A stretch of DNA of 64,000 nt from Tubulanus polymorphus (Eukaryota; Animalia; Nemertea): assembly GCF_964204645.1 (NCBI RefSeq), contig NC_134025.1:20373101-20437100 (forward strand), given 5' to 3'. This document shows, piece by piece, positions 12,401-25,600 of the stretch. Position numbers and translations under genes: made by a program. Every line of letters starts with the position of its first letter. Positions within the stretch are counted from its first letter, which is position 1. The notes below the pieces were generated by a model. It did not search any database, had not been told where the DNA came from, and worked only from the letters and a program-made list of their open reading frames with translations.

Positions 12401-15400
12401 TGTATTTGAATCCGGAATTAATTTCAGTTCAATAATCGGACTCTTCAATCAAACCATTAATTATGAATGGAACATCTGCTTCGGGTTACGGTATATCATC
12501 AAAAATGCATTGGGATTAAATGCTGTTTAGAAATAAAAAACCCTAAACCCTTCGGGACAAACTTGATTTTCTACAACTGGAATTGCTGTTCAGTAAATTC
12601 CATTCCGACCTGTTGATCAATCCGGATTCATAGCTGATATCGTCGATGTTCGTTATTTTGTAATGTAATCGTTGTCCAGTAGATGTCAGCAGAGCACTGT
12701 TCTTTCACACTATTTGATTTTGAATACCTTTAATGCCATTGATATTTTGAAAAACCAAACGGTCCTATTGGCTAAATTCACTAAATCAGGCTTAGATGTA
12801 TATAGATAGCTCCGATAGTATATAATAGTTAATGTATATTTTGTTAATGATTTTGTAGTTTTTTAAATTTTTCTTCAATCTTTTTCACTTAAGTGTTGGT
12901 TCATAAATATTTGTGTACTAGTTTCCCTCCATGTACCGTGGAAATGGTTGGAGTGTAGATTCATGGTGTTTACGTGCGATAGTGTGTTAATTTAGGTATA
13001 TGAGAGAGAATTCTCAGCTGATGACGACGACGGCGATGTAGCCGAGGAGACCATCCATTACGAACACGAAGACGCGACAAATCGCGATGCGGGGGTCGTC
13101 GAGGAGGTATGTCGGGAAGTTCGACGCCGCTTTGGAAAATATTCTAACGCACTTCCTCACGCAAACTCCTCTTGCATAACTCATAAATCCTATATTATAA
13201 TACATCATGCATAATAGTTTTATCCACTTTTCTCTCATCAGTGAACAATGATTTTTTGCCTTTTAAGTTGAAGTGTGATTAACATTTATAACCATTGATA
13301 AAACACTATATCCGTGTTATGACGATGATGGGCAGAGAATCCTGCAATAGTTCCTGTAGATGACTATAAGAATATAGTCGAAACGTCGAATAAACTTCTA
13401 GCTCAAGGAACCATTTTCATACTATTTTCGTCATCATTGTGGGATTCTCTACACATCGTTAACATTGATTGACAGTTGGGGTCTTTCACAAAGTGAAATT
13501 ATGGTTAATTCGTCAATAACCAATTAACGACAAAAGCCGGACATAAGTCATTTTCATCACCATCGTTCCAATAGATGCATTCAAACTATCGCTCGTTAGT
13601 CTGTTCTCATTTGGAACAGAGCTTTTCAGAACGAACCAAATCAATGCTGTGCCGCTGTGCATTGGCACATGTTTATATAAATCTGCCCTTATCATCACTG
13701 GTCCAGCTAGATGGTACGCTGTAATTGGCAGGCTATAAAAGCATTTGTTTTTATTCACACACAAAAAAATAGTCAATTCTAGAATAACGAATGGTCCTGG
13801 AATTGTTTTTTGACGTTTTCTTAAATGGAAAGGATCAATTTAGAACAGACTTTTCAGAATCATCGTCCGAATCAAGTCGTTAAATTAAGATTAGTCCTAA
13901 TCAACTTTGTGAATCCGGACTGTGACATCAATCTTAGGAAATTATGACATATTATCAGTTATTGACTAAAAGCTTTTTAATGATTCAACAGTTTTTGTCC
14001 ATTTGAAAGTTTACCCTTTCAGTGCTGACAAATTTTTACCCAATAGTGCTGGAGATGACAAGAAAATTCTGAACAATTGCATCCTAGTGTGTTGTATAAT
14101 CCGGGCATTCGCTGCTGTGGTTTATCGTTAGTTATTATTATTTCAACATGTTTGAAAGATGCTGCCACCTACAAATAGAGATAATAACTGATTAAATCGA
14201 TACATGGCGATGCAGTGTACTTGCAAAATTCCATTGCGGATTCATACACTGCACTGAGATGCACTGAAAGGGTTTGTTGATTTGCGGTTCATAATCAAGT
14301 TAGCATTTATCAAACCTTTTATTTATTGAATTTATATTCGGTACATTTTTGCTGGTTCATTTACTTCAACTTTTTATGCCCCCACAAACCGCGGGCGGGG
14401 GCATTTTTTGTTGAAAAACGACTTCAATGTCATAGGGCCTTTAAATGTTGGCCAATAAGTGTGGAATTTCGCTTAAGTGAATTCTGTATTTTCTGCTTAG
14501 TAATTTCCGACCACATATACAGAATAACTTTTGAAATCTTATCACTATTTTACTTTAAGTGGTAAAAATATCAATACAGTAATCTTGCTTTTAGGCTAAT
14601 CAATTTCATAGAAACTAATAACTATAACTAAACTAATAACGATATTGATTTTGATTACTTTGATTTTCGGAGCTCTAGTTCTGTTGCTGAAGAACATTTT
14701 CAGCAGTGGTTTTTTGTCTTTTACTGCCAAGCAGTGATGAGATCACTGTGCTTTGAGACAATTAAGTACATTCTCGTCGGCAATTATGAGTGCCCTCATA
14801 AAAAATATCAGCCATTTTTGGCATTATTATCAAACTTGCATCAATTGATCATCAACTTAGCTTCGTTTTGTATTATTACAGGTATCACAATCAATCTGCT
14901 GCCTGGAACCGATCCCCTTGGACATTCATCGCTTTATCACCATTATTCCAATTTCTGAAAGTCCATGCTTCACGTTTGTTCAGGACCTCGCCGCAAAATG
15001 AAAAAAAACTACTTATATCAGATATAAGTAATTTTTGTCATCACACTTTCAATGATGAATTTCCAAAGGCAGGTTACAGATTTATACCTTTATATATTTG
15101 ATTTCTCCATTGTTTACGCACTTGTTATGTCTTACACACATTTTATAACTAATTTGATGTATTTTGAGAATTCTGCTTTTCAGATGTTACATTATTCTAA
15201 TTACCACCATGTAATAGTATTTGTTTTCACATTATCGATATAAGGCTTGAAAAAATAGCTAGTTTCAGTAGACTCAACTCAAGTCCGACCTTTTGGGACT
15301 ATAAAAATGTGTATGTCGGACTTGAGTGATATCCGAGTTGGATTTTGATGTATTTCGCGAACAGCTTCACAAAAGATATCGGTATTTCAACGATCATCAA

Positions 15401-18400
15401 AGTTGAGCGGTTGTCCGAATTGATCATATCCAACTTGAGTGGAGTCTACTGTATCTGGTGTTTTTTCTCATGATCACGACAGTATTCCCACCAAAGTTCA
15501 CACCATTTCAGGACTCTTCGATGCTCACGATAAATTCGGGGAAACCTGAAAAATACGACTGATTGATTCTGGAGTGAAATTTAGACAACCCAGTTCCACG
15601 ATTCTGGGTTGAGTTTGAATTGTTAGTTTATTCGAATATTTCAATCCCGGGATGAATTTCAACTGAAAACCATCAAACTGGTACTATAAATCAGTTCCGT
15701 AGACCCCAGTTTAGATTTGACTGGAGAGTTCATTTTTGGAATAATTGAACTCCATGTCAACTATAAACTGACAATAGTACTGTTCAGTAAACATTAACTT
15801 TATACTGATTGGATTACTGTTTGCAAAGATAATGTTTCACTCGAAGAAAGTTATAAGGTTTGAAATGATTTTGCGTACAGTTCACTGAAAACATCTATTA
15901 CTCATCGCGCACAGTTTCATTTACGAACGTTTTAGGAAGCTGGCCCGTAACGGAAATACATTTCGAGATAACGTTTTTTCATGATTTTATTCGGGTTTCA
16001 GGTCGTTTCCAACAATCGTTCGCTAATCGAATTTAGCGATAATGCGTCATCGCTTACCGAAATAAGTGGAAGATTAGAGGTATCTTTGTTCGTCTGTGTT
16101 TTTCTTGAATTCTTACGCAAAATGTAAGCTACAACACTCAGTTCCGCAGTTGCTGAATAGCATTTGACTATTTACAGAGTCTTTGATATCCTTATTTCGA
16201 CTCAGTCAAATTTTAAATGGTAAACTGTGTAACTGAATCAAAGTTTGTTGTAAGAATTTTTCAGCACCCGTCCTTCTTATTTTAGAGTTGCAATGTTGCA
16301 CTTTTCTCTTAATTTGGCATATGAAATAAGAAGCTTATCAAGAATGACCTTTAAATGAGGCCGTTGAATTAGATTTGAAAAATATTTAAAGTCTATCTTT
16401 CTTTGATGATGAATATAGTGAAATACTCATGACGCTGTAGACTCTAAAAGGCACTGATAAAATCAGCTCTAACGTTTTACATGTTAAGTCTTACTGATAT
16501 TTTTTGGTATTCCTACCTTAATGGCCAATATTCGATCAATCGAGAATTGTGTATCTGATCGAGAAGGATTACACTAGATGGAGCCTGCGTTATTTGTGTA
16601 CCTTGCTGTTTTAGTTTCGTTCAGTCAGATAAGCATCAAACTCTCACAGTATCAGCAGTATCAGCGTAGTCATTACATTGTTGTTTATAATTATAGTTTG
16701 TTCAGAACTCGGTAACCAGTACATCGGAATTCATCCTCGTATATAATAGTTCAACCAACTGGCTGACGCCAGGTGTAAAATAATTGAGAATATACTGCGA
16801 TGCTATCTGGCTGGACTGGTTTTATGACATGTATTGCGCATATCATACGTTGAGAAACTGCTTCATTTATATCAATCACTCTTTTTGATGCATTTATTGG
16901 TTGTATTCTATGCGTTTATCGTAAAAATGTCTTCTTAAGTACATTTTTTGTAGTTATCGGTGTGCATTGTAAACATCGTTTTTTCTCATAATTTCAGTGA
17001 AGTCTTCTGTGGGTTAAATGTTGTTTTTTCTATGTTTTTTAATACTGTTTATTCGGATTTCTTTCGGAAATTTTCAACGGAAGGGAATAATTTTCTATAT
17101 TTTCATCGTATTGAAAATGGATGAACGAATATCTTTTCAGTCGAAACTCGCGAAGCTGAAAGCTCAGGGTTACGACACCTCGCAGGTGCCGCCGCCAAAA
17201 AAGTCTCTCGGGTACGTTCATCAGTTACACGCTCTGATGGAAAAGCGTCGGCAGGAGTATTACTCCGCCACTGCCTGTCGGGCGTCGATCCAAACCTGCG
17301 CCAGCGAACCCCTGCCGCGAACGACTCAACGACGAAAACTGCCCGACATCAAAATCGATATTCCCGAAGACGAACGAATCGTCGAAAAACGTCACGAAAA
17401 GTCGAAGCGTAAACGTATAAGAGACAAGCTAGCCTCATTGACGCATACAAACTTACTGAAACAGTCCCACCGGTCGATGTCGACGAGCGCGTTGTATGCG
17501 TCCGCGCCGGCCCAATTCGAAAAGGCGTACGCGACGAATCGAAACCGCCTTGTCGTCGGCGGGGATGCTGGGCAATCGCGCTCGATGCACAATCTCCGAG
17601 AGATCGGCAGCAGTGACAAGGTATCACCGACGAGTTCCGTGTCGGACAAGTCGCATAAAAGTTTGTTGCTGGCGCGATTACGCTATCGAATACGTTCGAT
17701 GGACCAGTTGACGTTGAGCGAGTGCTCGACCGCGACGGCGAGTTCTAGGAGTTCGTTATCGTTCGATTATAAGTCCGGACATCAAATGGACAGCGGCTTC
17801 GGCGATTGTCACAGTAGAAGCAGTAAAAGAGAGGTAGTTATTAGATATTTATACGGTTACCGGAGAAGGCACGGTGACGATACATTATTCAACGCGCACG
17901 AGGTCTAAACAGCATTACCGTATATGAACCAGGTTGATGTACACACATGTATATATTTATATTGGTTATGGGTGTTTTATCATGGTCGCTTATTCGGTTG
18001 TGCATGTTTGTTTTTGTTTGTTTTTTCAAATCCAGAAATCGAGGTGATTACTGTTGCAGGTTTTGACGATGTATTAACGCGTCCAAGTCGTTTCAAGCGG
18101 CTTACATTGATAGTTTTCTTTTTGAACGTTTGTCACTTCCATATTCCCTCATTACCGCAATCTACGGTGTAACGAACTAAACGAGTTCTGCGGCGTTTCT
18201 TGTTTATTCTTTGAAAGTTGCAGAGAAGTCTTTTATTTGCAGCATTCGTCGTCAATGCTGGTGGTTGTGGCTCTGTCAAAATCAGCGTCCAGGGATCTCT
18301 TTGGCCACCCCCAAAAGTGAGAAAAAACAAAGAAACCTCGATCCTGGTTCGCTCCTATGCATTTTAGGTATCAAAGAAAGTTATATAATATGCACTCATT

Positions 18401-19582
18401 GTGATAGGTATCGGTTATTTCTAGACGATAGTAAACTGGGCCCTGGGAACTGAGAACTTGAAATTTCAATTTCGTTTAAATGAAATATGTACGAAGGTTC
18501 GCGTCATCGTCAGGTTTGAAAGTTTTCAAAAACAATGATCTTTGTGTCAGGTGATGAAATTCTACACAAATGGCTGCATCGGCTTCTTGTTACCATGGTT
18601 ACACCGAGTACGAGAGAGAACCGGCGTCGTTGCTGCGATTTACAAATATGGCTCATTGTGAGCGAGAGAGTTACACAACAACTAACTACAAAGTCAAATC
18701 GGAATAAACAACGTAACAACGTGGTCGCCGCTGTTTAATGAAAATCGCGAGCACATGCGCAAATCCATACATGAGTAAGATTAGTGTTTAAATCTGGATG
18801 GTAGCTCGCACGTATTTAGTATGGCTCAACTGAATGGAACTGATACTGGATCACCAGAGGTATGTCAGCTTATGTGCAAAGAAAAAAGGGCGAAATTATG
18901 AAATAATTCATCCTGTATCGTGGAAGCCTGGTCTATTTTTCAAATTGGTTCTTCCCGAGGATTGCGATCAAATTCATAGCCTCTACAAACATTTTTAAAA
19001 GTAGGCGGCATTTCATTTAAACTTACTCCTGAATTTTGAACTTGTTTCGTATCTCCCTCTTTTAATGTTGCCTCAATAATGGATGACAATGGTTACTTAC
19101 TTTTCCTGAGAGAATTTAGCAAGAAATATGAATGATTGAAATTATTGATATTCTCAGTTCTTGACATACGCTAATTGTGAGCTATCCAAGGTGAATTTAG
19201 AAATATCTAGCCCTGCCAAAAACCTCGGACCAGGCTCGAGGATGGGACAAATGATTGCGTGGGAATTGCAACTGATTCCGGAAGTGACTCACTTCGCTTG
19301 GTTTAAGCATTGTTTAGTATCGTGTGAGTGGTTTGCGTGTGAACAAATTTGGCCCGGGCCTGATCCTTGCCGATTTGGCCTGGGTCCAGTCATCTCCATG
19401 TGATCGTGGCTTAAGTGGATGCTCTTAATTCAAATTAGTCTTATCTGGATTAATACATTAATGTAGGATATGATGTTTATTAGGTCAAGATGATACACAA
19501 TATCCGTGTAAGATGAATATATGAGAGAAATCCCACAATAATTCAGCCAAAGATGAAAAGTTCTTGAATAGAAGTGTATATA

Positions 19583-19628
<46 letters not shown>

Positions 19629-22600
19629 TTCTATTATATTTGCGCAATGTCTCGGCTAAAGACTGTTAGCAAAAATACATAAACATCTCTCTTTATGTAT
19701 TTTTGCTATTAGCAATTATCAGTACGCCTGATGTATGGCTAATAGTCTTTAACTGAAATGCTGCTCAAAATACCGGCCCGTGTTGGGGGGGGGGGGGGTT
19801 CGGGGGTATAGAACGGATCCCCTAAAATTGCTCTTCACAAAAAGTCAGTGTTGAAATTGGGTCAAGATTTTTCGAAATTTGGATATGATTTTCATTGCTT
19901 TGATTTTTTTGGAAAATGAAAGGTAATCCATTCTCGAATGATTCTATTCAGGTACCCGGGCACTTAATCTTTAAGATCAGTCCTTTTTTCGATAGTTAAA
20001 TGTGCCCCTTTTCACTGTGAAAAGTGCCCTTTTCTTGAAATAGAACTGCCCCTCAAAAAAGCTCGGTACGAGCCTGATACTCTTTTACTTAAGAACTTAA
20101 CATCATTGGCTGAATTATCGCACGATTTCTCTTGTATGATGTTTAATGGTTTTATGATTCGTCAAAAACCAGATAGATTTCATTGGTCCCAAACGATGTG
20201 TTTAATGTGGGTTCGATTACGTATGTATCCAGTCTGAAATTAATCAGATCTTCATTTCGATAGAAATGTCATTTTTTCTAATACCCGATAATCATTTTTA
20301 ACAACATTTTGGTGGTCGAGATATTTTTCACCTGGAACCATAAGATCTACCTTCGAGCCTCGGGGCAGTAATAAAGTCTCATAAAATCAGAAATCTGTGA
20401 CACCAAGTTTGGTCGAAAAATATAGAATTTAATAACAATCGTATAAAATTGTAAAGCAAATATTCTATCGTAGGGTATACCGGTATATGAGAATGTATGG
20501 GTATTAGGAAGATGTGATTTATTAGTATTATATTTACTCGGAATATCGATGGTAGAAAGCAAAAGTAAAATTATCTTTTCATAAAATTGATATCCCAAAA
20601 ATCAACTCTTATGATAAATCGCATCTTCATAATTCCCATTCATTCTCATAAACATATGGAATACATTAGATGTTCAATGAATGAAAATTTGCGCAGTTTA
20701 TCAATAACACACATATTTGAGTACTCATCACCAGTAGTCGTACGACGTTAGATATTTATAAATGTTAACACTGATTCATGTCATGGTTAATGTTACTCTA
20801 TGGATTACATGGTCAATTCATATATACTGGACACTGTGATATATTTCGCGATGCTTCATTATCGTCTCATCTCCAGTGACAATGGCCAACTGTTAACAGC
20901 TAATAAACGATGACAGCTGATACTAAACTTTAATCAGTATCTCATTCGCACAGGCACTACTACTACAGATTCTTGACGACAAAGTTCATCTTAGTAATCA
21001 TCACTGACATTTGGTCACTGCGCATCTTTGAAAGTCATTACTTGGTCAGTTTGTATGGGAATATACTTAGGACCAAGTTTCTACGAATATAGTTGAACTT
21101 ATAAATGTTAGATCCCAGAATTGTTGAAAGAATTAAAAAGTTTATTCAAAAATACTTGAAATATTTCGGGTAGTTCCTACCACCCTTCTTCCGTCTAAAG
21201 TGATATGTAAAAGAACTGTGCATAGGTTATAGGTATCAGATTTTACATTTATTGTTTCATCGCGGATATTGTGATCTTGTTGATTCATAATTGAAATTAA
21301 TTGTGTATCAGCTTTGAAACAACGCATCTATCTGATAGGGTCGTCTTGACGAAATCCTAATCACATCATTTACGGAGATATCAATGGGTGGTGCCAGGTG
21401 TAATCAGCTAGTAAGGATGTTTATAATGGATATTTTGTTTCTGGATTAATCTGTTGCTTTTCTCTGAACTTCGCTGAGCAAAGATATTCTGCAGTAAGCT
21501 AGTTAAGGCCCCGAAAAATTTGTATGTAAAACTCCCTCCGCAGCTCATATGCGAGGGTCCATCTTTTGCCCTAAATGTGTATGAACTTAGCGCAGCGCGA
21601 AATGTAATGCATACGCAATATCTGCGAATGACTGTATGTAATGATCAGGGGGTTCGATTTAAATGAAGTTTCTGTAAGCAAGCAGCATATCCCCCTTTTG
21701 GGCTGATCCTCTTAGGACAGTTTTACAGCCGCCTGAGGGCTCGTAACCACAGGGGAACAATATATTTATACTATCAGCATTTACCAATAGGGAACTCAAC
21801 AATAATTAACACTCAATAATTTTGTGGGAGCAGGAGCTGAACAGCCACATAGGTACATTCATCGAGGAACCGATTTTTTTCAATGATATCTTTTGCCAAG
21901 GTGACAACACAACTGAATGATTTATCCATATTTTGATGACGGCGTTGAGCATCAACTGTTGACATCGAACCAAATTGATGTTGCAGGTGTCAAATTTCCC
22001 GTAGCTGATATTTTAGGTATCCTGTACGTGTTCTCGAAGTTTCCTTTTTATGATTTTCATCGGATATTAAATAACAAAGTGCAGCTATATTAAAATCATC
22101 CATCTGACTGGCTGGCGAGACATATCAGAATCATTCGGAATCCTCAGAAATGATTGCTGCCTTCATCAATCTTCCAGTGGTGGCATGGTGTACGTACCTC
22201 GCAATGAGACAACTTGCAATGAGATGTGTACGACAATAGGACATCTCAATCAAAACTTTCGTTTAGATTCTTAGCCTCCCGCATTAAGAAATTGGCATAT
22301 CATCTCTTGATGAAATTAAGGGGCGTTCACACGAGAATTTCAGTACAGTTCTAAGATCGATTTTAAGTGTTGCATTTCATTCATCATTCATTCATTTTGA
22401 GAAATTATGGATACGTTTCAATTGAACTTGAGAAGGTCGAGTCTGCATTCAATTCTCGAACAGTCGAGTCAGATTGACAAGAAACAAAAGCTAAATGTTT
22501 TAGATGTCACCATGGTAATTAGGGATTGGTGGTCACTCCGGCCGAGTATTTCAGCCATTGTGTCTGACGACACGTGACATTTAGGTGACATGTTTCTGAT

Positions 22601-25600
22601 TTATGGGTATTGCGTTGTCTGCCGATTTCTGGTATTTCCGCTGGTGATACAGATACGGGAGTGGAATATTTTCTACCAATCACAGCAAAGTCCACGCTTA
22701 AGTGATCCTTTTCAATTTAGAACGGACCAGTTTTAGAATGCGCCATCACTGCGTGTAGTGAATGAAAACCTCGCTCTAATGGCCTGTCAATCACTATGTT
22801 TCATCCATCAGGACAGGTCATAACTGCCGATTGGAAAAAGTGTGCGAATGCGATTCCATTCCAGACCATACAGGCCAAACAGGACAGAACGTGCAAATGC
22901 GGCTTTAGTGTGTCCCTTTAGGAGGCCATGGTTGTGGCGGGATCGCATATTTTTGTGAGGAAGGTCTAAATTAATGATATAAAGTAAAGCACGTTTATAT
23001 TTTAAGGACGGTGTGTGTGGCACATGCGTTAGGTATGATTAATTCTCGTTCCGTTACACGAAGGTGATTTGTGGTTCCCAGTAGAACGTTTCTACTTGTA
23101 ACGCGAAGCACTACGTTTTGTTTATCACTCATACCGCTTGTTTTATGTTTCATATTTTATGTATGATTTTAACGCACATTATTTCCGTATTACCTGTACC
23201 TATTCAGTATCAATTTACATGTATGTCGAACGTTTTTGATTTTAGAATTATTCGCCGTTATTGATGTCGACACGGCGCCGCGGAATATCGAGCCATCGAC
23301 GTGTTCGACTTTTATTGTTTCCAAAAAAAAATTCAGTCACCGGTTTCACTTTGAAACCTCGTGGACAATTACTTTCCAATTTGAAATTCAGCTAGCTATT
23401 TGCGATCACAGCTGACAGCGCAAATCAACTAGTGAAACCTAGCATGGCGTGCGTCGTATGTTTCATGCGATTCGGGAGACTTCGTTTTGCATTGATTTCG
23501 TTCTCGGCAATGGCTTTCAATTTGTCTCCTCGAAATTAATCCCAGCGCGCGCGCGCGCTCGTGTAGCTCTGAAATGTCGAGCATAATTTCGTAATTTTCG
23601 TTGAATTTTCGAGAATTCGTTGCAGCAATTTTATGTTCTTTTTTCCAGGAGCATCTGTTTGACGTGAGCGATCTGCAACAAGAGCCGGTGCTAATCTCGA
23701 AATGCGGCCACTTGGAGGTGACGTTCTTGTACGATATGGAAAAGGCGAAGATGAACATCACCGTCGGGCAAGCGCGCGAGATACCGTCGAAAGACCGCGG
23801 CGGCGCCAACAGCACGCAGATACGCATGTTGTTGCTGCCGACGAAAAAACAACGCCACAAAACGAAAATCAAGAATGGTGAAAATCCTGATTTTCATGAA
23901 ACTTTTTCATTCAAGGTGCCAAAAGGTGAGATTACATTCGGTGGACTAGCTATAGCTTTGTTGAGGGACCAGCTTTCTGACCAGGTGGTCTTCTTCAGTT
24001 TTAGATTCCCAGATCTAGATATTTTTGTTTATGACACGTAGACACAAATGAATAAATAAATACCAAGAAAAAAAATAATGTAGGTTGCCTTTCATAATCC
24101 TGCTATGTGATGTCCATCTCTAAGATAGTGGTATCTTTTATGTTGGTCAGTTTTTATAATCGAGCATGTACTTCAGGCCAAGCTAGTTGTGTAACAAGAA
24201 AGTCAAATTATAATCAGTTTGATTTTCTAATAGATTATAGTGTGAAACCATGATTTGGTTGCATGGCACCTGTTTGAACAGAACTGTACAGAATTACCTA
24301 GCGTTTTTCTAGTGGGTTGGTTCTAGGTGAGCTTGGTATTTGCTAAGAATGTCCATAATGGAAACCCTCAGGTTCTGACCAAGTGCTCTCTTGAAAATCA
24401 CAGGTGACAAATTACACCTGACATTGATCTATGACGAAAGTCCACAATACTGTTTTGAGCAGTATAATGATATACACTAGAATTGCATAAAAATGTACCT
24501 AAATTTTACAAGCGTATCGTGCCTTCGACGCTCGCCAGAACTCCAGCCACGACTATAAAGTGCTGTTTTCATATGAGGTGAACCCCCTTTCTTCAAGCCT
24601 GGATCTGTTCCTGACCCTTTAATCATCGACTCTAAAACAGGTTGAAATGTCTGAATATTTCGATTCAAGAAGTTATGTATGGAAGACTGACTTGTGCATG
24701 TGCTAGATCCACACAATTCCTGGGTCCTCAATTATCTAGTTCTCAGAATTCATTTGTTCCGCAAATTTTTCCCACCTAGATACTCAGCACAGTCTCACCA
24801 TTCTATTCTAAGAGTGTTCTTTTTTTTCTGTCGGAACATGCCTCTGGGTGACCCTCCCTTAGCTTCCACTGTGCTTCTTGTCACTTTATTCACGTAGAAA
24901 ATGTTTTGTTCTGACAGCAGCTAGTATTACTGGTCGACGTCTATTATGGAAATGTCTCTTCTCATCTGTTCTCTTGTTTTTGCCTACTAATTACTGCGGC
25001 ACCCCTGAAACTCATACCGCATTTCACCCACGCAACCTTTAGTTTACTAGCTTAGAGAAATCGAAACATATTCAAGATTTCATAATAATGTCATGATATG
25101 GTACTTACTAAGTTGTGAATCTCATGTGAACGCGGCTTATATTTCTTCCACTGTATTTCAAACTATTCTGTGCTATGTAATGCTGGTTCAATCACATTTG
25201 AATGTGTGGCCAGTTTTTGGTCTTATAGATAAATCTTGGATTAAGGCTGTCTTTGTCTCTGCAATAGCGGTCAGGGGACTTAGTGTCTGGCTCCATCCAT
25301 CCTTCTGTCCTTCCTTTGATTTATCCAAGGTTATCTGAGCTCTTAAGCGTAATATCTGCAGAACAAATCTTGATATTCTGTTGGGAGATTGTCTCCGAGG
25401 AGAGGAAACACCCTCTCGATTTTGGATCGCAACCTCCAACGTCGGGGAGGTAATTCTGCCTGAGGACAAAAGATCATTATCGCTATATCCCCGGAGGAAA
25501 TGATAGCACAACCATTACGGTATATTTTGTAGATTGGAGAGGACGCCCCAATTTATTTTGGGGTAAAAAACCTCAAAGGTTATTGTCGCCAAGATGCAAT

